Positions 29,869 to 38,283 of a stretch of DNA of 43,834 nt are shown here, piece after piece; within the stretch, counting starts at the first letter, position 1, and each line of letters starts with the position of its first letter. The notes beneath the pieces were generated by a model, which saw only the letters and a program-made list of their open reading frames with translations, was not told where the DNA came from and searched no databases. The DNA is from Bdellovibrionota bacterium (GTDB taxonomy: Bacteria > Bdellovibrionota_C > UBA2361 > OMII01), in NCBI GenBank assembly GCA_044345405.1, contig JBIJBE010000030.1:1-43834 (forward strand). The letters are read 5' to 3'. Made by a program: the position numbers and the translations under genes.

Positions 29869-31032
29869 ATGGCTCCCCCCTTCCTCTCCGCCTTCTGGCG
29901 TAACCTTATCGTTATCAACTACGAGGTCGATCCATCGGTCCTTCGCCCCCTCCTTCCCTTGGGTACCGAGCTCGACCTCTTCGAGAACAAAGCGCTCATG
30001 AGCGTTATCGCTTTCAACTTTGAACACATGAAGCTCTTCGGAACGATACCCACGATACCGGTGACGAACTTCGAAGAGCTCAACCTCCGCTTCTATGTGC
30101 GTCGCACCGTTGGAGACGAGGTGCGCCGAGGGGTCGTCTTTGTGAAAGAGGTAGTTCCCTCCGCGCTCATCGCGGCGACGGCTCGTGTACTGTACAACGA
30201 GCCGTACGAGGCGCGTCCGATGACCCACTCATTCGCTCAATTCCATAAGGAATCGGGGGGACACCTTTCGTATGAAACTCAAGTGGGAACACAAACCGTA
30301 TCAGTGCACGCGACAACCGAGGGAGAACTACGATCGCTTCAAGCTGGATCGATCGAGCACTTCATCCTCGAACACTATTGGGGCTACACGAAGCAGAACG
30401 ACGGAACGACCTCCGAGTATCGAGTTCAGCACGAGCCGTGGAGCTATTGGCAAACAAAGATCGCCACGGTCACGGGAGATATCGCCGCGCTCTACCCCGA
30501 TGAGTACCGTGAAGCTCTCGCTAAACCGCCCCACTCCACGTTTGTGGCGCGCGGATCGAGCGTGAAGGTGTTCGCGTACCAACGATTCTCTCCCACCTGC
30601 AGCACCGCGGCGTTTCCGCGGAGCGACGCGCGTGGATACCTCCTCTACGATGGAGGATGCGGATTCTGCTCATGGTGGGTGTCCAAGATGACCGACCATC
30701 TCGCGAAGGTAGGCATCGCGGTCGAGCCCCTGCAAAGCGCGTGGGTAGCGGACACCATACAACTACCAGCTGAGGAGGTCGTTGAGGATATTCGTCTCAT
30801 CCTCGCTGATGGGACCCTTCGTACCGGAGCGAACGTTTACGTAGACCTTCTCAAGCGTATGCGCTGGACCCGACCGCTCGGCATCATTATGGGGCTTCCA
30901 GGGATTCGGAGCGTAACCTGGGGATTCTATCGACTCATTAATCGAAACAGATTCATGGTGTCTCGGGTGTGTAGACTGGAACCGTACGCGACCGCGAGGA
31001 ACACGTCGAGTTCGCCACACGGTCGAGAATAA
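29869..31032 (+). CDS. DUF2071 (YqjF-like) plus DCC1-like thiol-disulfide oxidoreductase (DUF393) fusion
   Basis: N-terminal FEELNLRFYV, GVVF, FILEHYWGY, EYRVQHEPW. C-terminal LLYDGGCGFC and YRLINRNR. Confidence 0.82.
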   Translation: MAPPFLSAFWRNLIVINYEVDPSVLRPLLPLGTELDLFENKALMSVIAFNFEHMKLFGTIPTIPVTNFEELNLRFYVRRTVGDEVRRGVVFVKEVVPSALIAATARVLYNEPYEARPMTHSFAQFHKESGGHLSYETQVGTQTVSVHATTEGELRSLQAGSIEHFILEHYWGYTKQNDGTTSEYRVQHEPWSYWQTKIATVTGDIAALYPDEYREALAKPPHSTFVARGSSVKVFAYQRFSPTCSTAAFPRSDARGYLLYDGGCGFCSWWVSKMTDHLAKVGIAVEPLQSAWVADTIQLPAEEVVEDIRLILADGTLRTGANVYVDLLKRMRWTRPLGIIMGLPGIRSVTWGFYRLINRNRFMVSRVCRLEPYATARNTSSSPHGRE

Positions 31033-31045
31033 GAGAGCGAATGCC

Positions 31046-32188
31046 CTATTCGTCGCCAACAACGTCAAGATTTTTGCGAGCGACCTCAAGATCAGGATTC
31101 AATCCGAGGGCGGTCTTGAACTCTTGCCGCGCCTCGTCACGCTTCCCTAATCGCTGAAGCAGCACACCGAGGTTGTTGTGCGCGTAGGCGTTACTTCCAT
31201 CGAGCTCAATCGCGTGCCGAAGATGAGACTCCGCGGGACCGGTCTCGCCGAGTTCAAGCTGCGCTCGACCGAGCGCGCTCCACACACGGGAGTTCTTGGG
31301 CTCAAGCGCCGAGGCTTTCGTCAGGATAACTATCGCCTCCTGGTACTGCTTATTGTCGATGAGAAGTAACCCAAGATTCACCTGCGCGACGAAGTTATTC
31401 GGTGACATCTGAGCGACTCGACGGAGCGAGGACTCCGCGAGGTGACGTTCACCAAGCTTCTCATACACCTCACCTAACGCGAGGTGTCCACGAACGTCGT
31501 CGGGCTTAATCTCGACGGCGGCTTGTAACGAGCGACGAGCCTCCTCAAGGCTGCCGAGTCGAATCTGCATCATCCCGAGGAGGTAGCGAGACTCAAAATG
31601 CTTCGGATCAAGCTCCACCGCTTTGCGATACGAGGTCGCGGCAGCGTCGTAGAGATGGATCTTCTCTTGGAGCACTCCGAGATTAAAGAAGGTCAGATGA
31701 TTACTTGGGTCAATAGCGGCGGCTTTCTGGAGCGTCGTGATAGCCTCCGGAACCTTCTGCTGCTTTTCGAGGATAACAGCGAGCCCCTGTAAAGCGGAGA
31801 CGTTCTGAGGACTCTGCTCAAGGACCTTCTCGTATTGCTCCTTCGAGGCGGAGACCTCACCCTTCTGAAGGAGAACGCCAGCGAGTCCAACACGGAAGGT
31901 CTCATCATCTTTGATTTTAATCGCTTCTCGTAGCTTCGCTTCCGCGCCGGAGAGATCACCTTTTCTTTGGAGTGCTAGCCCCATGTTGAAGTACGCCTCC
32001 ACCATCTGCGGGCACAGTTGGATAGCTTCGTTATACAGCGCTATCTCAGCGTCGGAACCATCCCCGATCTGCACACCCTTTTTGACGAGATCCACGGATT
32101 TCACACACGACGGTTCACCGTGAGCGATCGACGACGATCCGATAACCACACTCAAAATCAGACATGCATAATGAGAACTTTTGAGCAC
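31046..32188 (-). CDS. Secreted tetratricopeptide-repeat protein
   Basis: Signal peptide followed by serial 34-aa TPR units (AYFNMG, FFNLG, AHNNLG). Confidence 0.9.
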   Translation of the reverse strand: MLKSSHYACLILSVVIGSSSIAHGEPSCVKSVDLVKKGVQIGDGSDAEIALYNEAIQLCPQMVEAYFNMGLALQRKGDLSGAEAKLREAIKIKDDETFRVGLAGVLLQKGEVSASKEQYEKVLEQSPQNVSALQGLAVILEKQQKVPEAITTLQKAAAIDPSNHLTFFNLGVLQEKIHLYDAAATSYRKAVELDPKHFESRYLLGMMQIRLGSLEEARRSLQAAVEIKPDDVRGHLALGEVYEKLGERHLAESSLRRVAQMSPNNFVAQVNLGLLLIDNKQYQEAIVILTKASALEPKNSRVWSALGRAQLELGETGPAESHLRHAIELDGSNAYAHNNLGVLLQRLGKRDEARQEFKTALGLNPDLEVARKNLDVVGDE

Positions 32189-32255
32189 CGTCTCGCCTTT
32201 ATCCTAAACGTTCATCAAATCTAAAACCGATTCCTCAAACTTCGTCGCGCGTGAA

Positions 32256-33512
32256 TTACGCGCTCCGCCACTGCGTCAAGGCGGACACCACCTCGCGCAT
32301 ACGTTCCTCAGTCACCACAGCGGAGAAACGAACGTATCCATCCCACGCCTCTCCAAATACGATTCCAGGTGTCACCAACACCCCGGTCTTGGCGAGCAGT
32401 TCATTCGCCACTCGGACGGAAGCGCTCGTAGCACTCTCTCCAGCCGGAACGATAGTCGCGGGATACTTGACCCACAGACACGCCCCCGCTTGAGGATCCT
32501 GCACCTCCCATCCCAACTTTCTCAAGCCCGCGGCGAGAACGCGGAGACGGCGGTCATACGCCATCACCGTTGGACGCACGAGATCTTGAGGCGCGGTGAG
32601 CGCCACAGACGCCGCGTATTGAAGTGGCAAGAAGAGTCCATAATCGGAGTGTGACTTCCAACGAGCTACCGCCTGAACGGTTTGCGTATCACCAACGAGA
32701 GCGCCAACTCGCCATCCGGGAACGTTATACGCCTTCGAAAGTGAATACACCTCAACGCACCGAACGCCCCGCTCGCGAACCTTGAGCGCGCTGACCGCTG
32801 GCTTACCCGAGAAGCTCATCTCACCGTACACAAAGTCATTGATGATCGCCGCGCCGTAGCGCCAACACACATCAGCGATCGCCATCCACCACTCTTCCGA
32901 CACAACGACACCGGCGGGGTTAGATGGGAAATTGAGTAACACGACACGAGCTCGGGTGGACCCAAGGATGCGATCCAATGATGCCGCCGCTTCATTCGGC
33001 TCAACACCACACTCCCACGGAACGACAACACCACCAGCGAGCGTAACCGAGGAGACATGCGCTGGATATGAGGGAGAGCTGACAACAACGGAGTCTCCCA
33101 CGGAGATGAGACTCTTGATCGCGTGGTAGGTGGCGTCTTTACTGCCGAGACACACACAGATCTCGGTCTCAGGATTGAGCGAGATACCGAACGAGGCGGC
33201 GTACTTCGCCGCGAACGCTTCGCGCAACCGACGAACACCACGAGATACCGCGTACCGATGATTGAGCGGCTTCGTCACCGACTCAAGGAGCCGATCGAGA
33301 ACTGCCCTCGGAGGAGCGAGATCGGGATTCACCATCGAGAGATCGAAGACCTGCTTGCCTTCAACCAACATCTGATGTTGAAGGGTTTTAAGGGCCCGGA
33401 GGTAGTCGCGTCCGAATACGGACTCAACGCTTCCACGAGCACCACCGGTAGAGGAGGTAGAGGGGAGCTCGAATTCAACGACCTCCGACTTCGGAAGAAT
33501 GTTCGACGACAT
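32256..33512 (-). CDS. PLP-dependent aminotransferase class I/II (AlaC/DapL-like)
   Basis: LNFPSNPAG, DFVY, SLSKAYNVPGWRVG. Start uncertain (ORF open from 33599). Confidence 0.88.
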   Translation of the reverse strand: MSSNILPKSEVVEFELPSTSSTGGARGSVESVFGRDYLRALKTLQHQMLVEGKQVFDLSMVNPDLAPPRAVLDRLLESVTKPLNHRYAVSRGVRRLREAFAAKYAASFGISLNPETEICVCLGSKDATYHAIKSLISVGDSVVVSSPSYPAHVSSVTLAGGVVVPWECGVEPNEAAASLDRILGSTRARVVLLNFPSNPAGVVVSEEWWMAIADVCWRYGAAIINDFVYGEMSFSGKPAVSALKVRERGVRCVEVYSLSKAYNVPGWRVGALVGDTQTVQAVARWKSHSDYGLFLPLQYAASVALTAPQDLVRPTVMAYDRRLRVLAAGLRKLGWEVQDPQAGACLWVKYPATIVPAGESATSASVRVANELLAKTGVLVTPGIVFGEAWDGYVRFSAVVTEERMREVVSALTQWRSA

Positions 33513-33660
33513 GTGGGGCTCTATACCTAGACAGGCGCTCAAATTCGGAGTGCTGCACATCACAACGCCCCGCAGCATCAATACTACGGATGACGGCAAA
33601 AACGGAAGAGCTTCGAGGGAGTTATCCCCTCTTTCCCTGAAGTATTTGGAGCAGCTTAGC

Positions 33661-34293
33661 CTACTGCTGGAATCGCGGCGCGATCAAGTTAAACAGGTAC
33701 ACCGCTGGGCCGATCTTCCCCTTAACTTTAATCTTATCAGCAAGCATAGCTACTTGCGGATTCAGGTCCCCAGAGCGAACCGCCATGAGGTTCTGCTCCG
33801 TGAGGGAGATGATCGAGTCAACCAAGGTGGCTTCGCCTGGATTCTCAGCGTTCAACGTGAGGGGTCCACCAGCCGGAGCAACCGTTGGCTCCTCCCCTTT
33901 CCAGTCGAAGATAAATCGCTCTCCCGAGCTACTCAGCTCAAGACCAAGTACGCAGGTAAGGTGGGGCTTTAAACGGAGCTTCGCGCGAGCCGCGCGGTTC
34001 GGGAGCTCTTCACAAAGGACATCACGACCATTCTGAATCACCTTGCGGGTAACCGGCTGAACATCCTGCTCCTCTTCCTCGTCGAGAAGGTCGTCCTCCC
34101 CTGCATCAGCCTCGGCTGCGGCACCCTTAGCGGGCTGGTTAGTCCAGGTCTCCTCATCATCATCCCCATCAACGGGAACGGAACGGGGAGGAGCCGGCTC
34201 ATCACTCGGGTCGGTCGCCAACCGGGTTGGCTCCAAAGAGGTCTCCTCGGAGGAGGTTTGTTCGTGCTGCTCGTTGTCTCTTGGATCCGACAT
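33661..34293 (-). CDS. SCP2 sterol/lipid-binding domain protein with acidic N-terminus
   Basis: C-terminal SGDLNPQVAMLADKIKVKG matches the SCP2 pattern. AAGGAG RBS. Confidence 0.75.
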   Translation of the reverse strand: MSDPRDNEQHEQTSSEETSLEPTRLATDPSDEPAPPRSVPVDGDDDEETWTNQPAKGAAAEADAGEDDLLDEEEEQDVQPVTRKVIQNGRDVLCEELPNRAARAKLRLKPHLTCVLGLELSSSGERFIFDWKGEEPTVAPAGGPLTLNAENPGEATLVDSIISLTEQNLMAVRSGDLNPQVAMLADKIKVKGKIGPAVYLFNLIAPRFQQ

Positions 34294-34649
34294 GGTGCTC
34301 CTTAGGTATCACTGTAGGTGCCGGCATTGTTTCACTAAGCGCCTCGGACGTCAAAACTCTTTCAACCTGAGGCAGGAGCCTCGTTCCTGGCAAACCCGGA
34401 AGGCCCTAATCCGAGGGTGTTACCGGGCCACGAGCGTTTGCCCCCGGTCTACCCCTCCCCGCCTGCGGTAGCGCGCTGGAGAGGCACGAGGCTCCCAAAC
34501 CCCTCGCCGCTTCGCGCAGACCCGGCAGCCTCCCCCGTAGTCCAAGGTTCTTACACAACTCTTTCCGGCATGCGTCGATTTACCTGTACCGATCCACTTT
34601 CGGAATGACCCAAGAGTGCTTCGGAGCCATCTCACGAGGAGACTACACT

Positions 34650-35585
34650 ATGAACATTCCAACACTCATGACCGCCCAACAGGGGGCCTATTCCCCGTTC
34701 AATCAACCGATGACACGAGGAGATAAGGCATCCCAATTTGTGGAGTCTGCTCTTCCCACAGCTCTCCTCACCGGGTTACAAGCGCTACACGCTCCTGCGG
34801 GGAGCACTTCCCTCCCCACCGCGACATTTCCAAACGCCGCCGGAAGACTTGGAACAGCGGCGAACGTCGCCGGCGGGATCATCGGTATCATGGATCTCGC
34901 CATGAACTGGGGACGCTCTTCACCAGCCGCGGGGGCGAGCTCCGGCATGGCGATTGGGGCCTCCATCGGCACCCTGTTCGCCCCCGGCATCGGTACCGCG
35001 ATCGGTATCGGTGCAGGCGCTCTCGTGGGGGGACTCTTCGGATGCATCACCGCCGGAAAACACAAGGACCAGAGGGTACGGGACTCAGTTCGCGATCTTC
35101 TCGTTCAGGGAGGGATTATCAACTCCGACTTCCAACTGCAGTTAGCGGACGGCTCGCTCTACGACATGGGCAAAGACGGCGGGCCGCGCGCGGAGCTCGG
35201 GGGGCGCCGCCCCTACGAGATCGATTACTCACATCCACTCGCTCAGTACGCGATCGCCTGGATGGATCCGATCATCGCGCTCCTCGCGCAGGGAAACACT
35301 AAAATTCAGACCGATTTTGTCGGCTACTTTACCAACGCGATCCTCAGTAACGCCAAGGACCTGAATGATGTGCGCGCGAACGTCGGTCTCTTCCTCTCGA
35401 AGTTTGGACTGACGAACGACCAACTCGCGAACGCGATCACTCAGATGGCGAACGCCGGGATGATAGATCAAAACACCGCACGGGGATGGATTGGGGGGAT
35501 ACAACAGAGGATGGACCGATCGTTTATGGGCGGGGTGGAGGTGAAGAGCGCTCAAGCATCTGAAGAGATCCCCTCAAAGGAGTAG
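34650..35585 (+). CDS. Hypothetical glycine-zipper protein
   Basis: GAGGAG RBS before ATG 34650; GxxxG run GMAIGASIGTLFAPGIGTAIGIGAGALVGGLFG. Confidence 0.7.
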   Translation: MNIPTLMTAQQGAYSPFNQPMTRGDKASQFVESALPTALLTGLQALHAPAGSTSLPTATFPNAAGRLGTAANVAGGIIGIMDLAMNWGRSSPAAGASSGMAIGASIGTLFAPGIGTAIGIGAGALVGGLFGCITAGKHKDQRVRDSVRDLLVQGGIINSDFQLQLADGSLYDMGKDGGPRAELGGRRPYEIDYSHPLAQYAIAWMDPIIALLAQGNTKIQTDFVGYFTNAILSNAKDLNDVRANVGLFLSKFGLTNDQLANAITQMANAGMIDQNTARGWIGGIQQRMDRSFMGGVEVKSAQASEEIPSKE

Positions 35586-35605
35586 CGCTCTGGTGGGCAC
35601 ATGAA

Positions 35606-35638
35606 AGGGCGGCGGAGTATCTACGCTCCGCCGTCCCT
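35606..35638. terminator. GC-rich hairpin between convergent genes
   Basis: AGGGCGGCGGAG-loop-CTCCGCCGTCCCT. Confidence 0.5.
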
Positions 35639-35644
35639 CCTTGA

Positions 35645-36805
35645 CTACATACAGAGGTCAAACGGCGCCGAGAGCGACACAATGTGCTGCCAGTCATTAT
35701 CACCAACGGTGCGGTATTCAGCCGCGTAGTCCAAGAGAATCGCTTTAATAAACGAATCTTTGTCCATGTCGTACTTCACACCAGCTCCCGCGGTCCACGC
35801 GTTGTACGTCGCGCTTCCGGTGAGGTCTCGAAGATCAGATCGATCGTAGTCCCACTTAAAGTTTGCCGCATAGCGATATCCCCCACGAATCGCGAGCCAA
35901 TCGGCGAGGTACTGTTCAAGACCGACTCGAAGGTTCATCACACGTCCCAACGAGTCGCCACCGAAGGGGTATCCTGGATCGTTCGCGCCGGGCTCGTCAT
36001 CTCCATCGTTCGAGTAAAAGGTATAATCCGCGCCCAGAGCGACAGCTGTGCGATCCATTTTATACTCTAATCCTGTCGCGATGCCGTACTGCATCTGGTT
36101 GACGGTTTGCTCGTCGGCTCGATGCCCTGTGTGATCGAGATCGTGCTGTCCATGTCCGATCGAGATGGTTGTTCCCCACGTGAGGTCGTCCATCGAACGG
36201 GTCTCCAGTCCGATCGTGTGAAGGAAGGTCTCCGCGGAGTCGTAGTTATGAATGTCGGAATCGAGACTATCTTTCTGATAGGTTAATCCGTATCCGAGGC
36301 TCACGTACTCGCTGAGCGACTTACCGTACGCACCGGATACCTGATACGCTCCCGAGTCGGTATTATCTGGGTCGTAGGTCCAGTTGCCGCTACGGCCCCA
36401 CCACCCGAATCCGAAGTTACCGTTATCGGGGAGCCCATCGGCGGTCGGATTTATCGGGGTCGCGCCGTACACCTGTCCGATATTCTGCTTATCTTTAACC
36501 TTCGAACCACTCGGAAACTCGTTTCCGGTAATCTCGTTAAAACTATATGACGCCGACATATCTCCGTACCGCATAAGACCAAGAGCCCCGGGATTCTGCA
36601 CGGTGGCTAACGCGTTCGAGGTAGTCAGATTGGTACTTCCCGACATCCCCAACATTCGAGCGTCGAACGGTCTATCGACGAAGCGTTGTTGCTGCTCCTG
36701 GAAGTAGAAGTCTCGCTGTTTCTCGTCACCGTAAGCGTGGGGGGTGGACATAGCCATGCCAAGCGACATCAGGAGAGCAGCTCTCGTTAGTGTGGTCTTC
36801 ATCAT
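35645..36805 (-). CDS. Outer-membrane beta-barrel, FadL/PorV-like
   Basis: Signal peptide from MMKTT (GGAG RBS), ARMLGMSG...NPGALG hatch motif, alternating beta strands. Confidence 0.7.
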   Translation of the reverse strand: MMKTTLTRAALLMSLGMAMSTPHAYGDEKQRDFYFQEQQQRFVDRPFDARMLGMSGSTNLTTSNALATVQNPGALGLMRYGDMSASYSFNEITGNEFPSGSKVKDKQNIGQVYGATPINPTADGLPDNGNFGFGWWGRSGNWTYDPDNTDSGAYQVSGAYGKSLSEYVSLGYGLTYQKDSLDSDIHNYDSAETFLHTIGLETRSMDDLTWGTTISIGHGQHDLDHTGHRADEQTVNQMQYGIATGLEYKMDRTAVALGADYTFYSNDGDDEPGANDPGYPFGGDSLGRVMNLRVGLEQYLADWLAIRGGYRYAANFKWDYDRSDLRDLTGSATYNAWTAGAGVKYDMDKDSFIKAILLDYAAEYRTVGDNDWQHIVSLSAPFDLCM

Positions 36806-37000
36806 ATCTCCTACCTTCTCAAAAGATTTTGGGACGTTGATCCGCGGAACGCTCTCCTCGACACTGCGATGAAACGAGCTCGGGAGTCGTGAGCATGTTC
36901 CGATGAGCACGACGTTCGCCCGCACTTCATCTCTTGTTTCGCCGGATGTATGTATGATCAATGTCATCGGACCCTTCTCTCGGCAGAGGGAGCGCCCTGT

Positions 37001-37040
37001 ACGTGCTCGTAAACGTTAACGTGAACCTACCCGAACCCGA
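37001..37040. repeat. Single GTRAAC-array arm (copy 3)
   Basis: ACGTGCTCGTAAACGTTAACGTGAACCTACCCGAACCCGA. Confidence 0.7.
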
Positions 37041-37157
37041 TAATTCCGAATCCATGAGGAAAGACGGTGAGAAGCGACGACGCAGACGTGGGACGTGCTA
37101 CGGTACCCGTTGGCGCCCAACGGCTCAAAACTTCGGGTCTTTTGCCCCAATTTCCCC

Positions 37158-37187
37158 TTGATTTCTCCCCCCTTGCGGGCGTAATGT
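37158..37187 (+). promoter_or_regulatory. Putative sigma70 promoter of the aromatic amino acid operon
   Basis: TTGATT-N18-TAATGT, then 6 nt to the leader ATG. Confidence 0.6.
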
Positions 37188-37193
37188 CTCCGT

Positions 37194-37244
37194 ATGAAAG
37201 TACTCCGTAACACGTTTTATTTTGTGTTTACCTATCGGCCCTAA
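37194..37244 (+). CDS. Phe/Tyr-rich attenuator leader peptide MKVLRNTFYFVFTYRP
   Basis: 16 codons with 3 Phe and 2 Tyr within seven consecutive codons, directly ahead of a terminator and the aromatic biosynthesis genes. Confidence 0.85.
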   Translation: MKVLRNTFYFVFTYRP

Positions 37245-37274
37245 GGGCAGAGTACTCGGCCATATCGGCTGGAG

Positions 37275-37307
37275 AAGGCTCTGCGTAACCGCGGGGCCTT
37301 TTTTTTT
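37275..37307 (+). terminator. Attenuator terminator
   Basis: AAGGCTCTGCG-TAAC-CGCGGGGCC followed by T9. The 5' arm can alternatively pair with GCAGAGT at 37247-37253. Confidence 0.88.
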
Positions 37308-37358
37308 GCTCGTCCTCCTACGGGACGTCGAGCTGTATGTAACGCGAGGATCTTCGTA

Positions 37359-38261
37359 ATGGAACCAACGCAGTGGATATGGATGAACGGCTCCTTCATT
37401 CCGTGGCATGAGGCGCGAGTACACGTCCTCTCCCATGGACTCCACTACGGTTCATCTATCTTCGAGGGGTTACGTGCCTATAAGACCGATCGGGGTACCG
37501 CGATCTTTCGCCTCAAAGAGCACATGGATCGTTTTCACTACTCCGCTCAAGCCATCCAGATGAAGCTCCCCTACTCCTCCGATGAACTCTCGACGATAAC
37601 CGTTGAGCTCCTTAAGCGTAACAACATTGAGGCGTGTTACATCCGTCCACACGCGGCGTTTGGGTATGGGGTCATGGGACTCAATCCCTCGACCGCTCCT
37701 GTGGACGTCACGATAGCGTGCTGGCCGTGGGGAGCCTATCTTCCGATCTCATCGGCTAACATCAAGGTGAGCAAATACATCCGTATCCACCCAAGCTCGA
37801 CGGTCGCCGACGCGAAGATAGGCGGCCACTACGTCAATAGTATCCTCGCCGTACAGGAGGTCCAGGGGACACATTACCATGAGGCGCTCTTCCTCGATTA
37901 TGAGGGGAACATCGCTGAGGGCCCCGGTGCTAACTTCTTTATCATCAAGGATCGCAAACTCTACACACCACCTGCCGGCAACATCTTGCCGGGCATCACC
38001 CGCGCGTCCGTGATTGAGATAGCACGCGACCAGGGATTAACCGTCACCGAGAAGAAGCTCACCGTCGACGAGGCGCAGGACGCTGACGAGGCTTTCTTTA
38101 CGGGCACGGCGGCGGAGATGACACCGATCGGTTCGATAGAGGACAAACCACTTCGATGCTCGGCACCAGGTCCACTCACCGCGGAGCTCAAAGCGGCGTA
38201 CCTCGACGCGGCGTATGGTCGCTCATCCCGCTATGACACATTTTTAACCTTCGTCTCATAG
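37359..38261 (+). CDS. ilvE: Class IV (branched-chain type) aminotransferase
   Basis: [53 protein letters not shown]. Confidence 0.93.
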   Translation: MEPTQWIWMNGSFIPWHEARVHVLSHGLHYGSSIFEGLRAYKTDRGTAIFRLKEHMDRFHYSAQAIQMKLPYSSDELSTITVELLKRNNIEACYIRPHAAFGYGVMGLNPSTAPVDVTIACWPWGAYLPISSANIKVSKYIRIHPSSTVADAKIGGHYVNSILAVQEVQGTHYHEALFLDYEGNIAEGPGANFFIIKDRKLYTPPAGNILPGITRASVIEIARDQGLTVTEKKLTVDEAQDADEAFFTGTAAEMTPIGSIEDKPLRCSAPGPLTAELKAAYLDAAYGRSSRYDTFLTFVS

Positions 38262-38283
38262 TTACCACAGAAAGGAAGTACGT

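Noticed and set aside
34339-34416. c-di-GMP-I riboswitch or SRP RNA (GGCAAACC, CCGGAAGG, CCTCGGA/TCCGAGG stem)
   Set aside because: Lacks the downstream GCAAA/P3 of c-di-GMP-I and the GGAAGCAGC of SRP. Only a generic stem remains.
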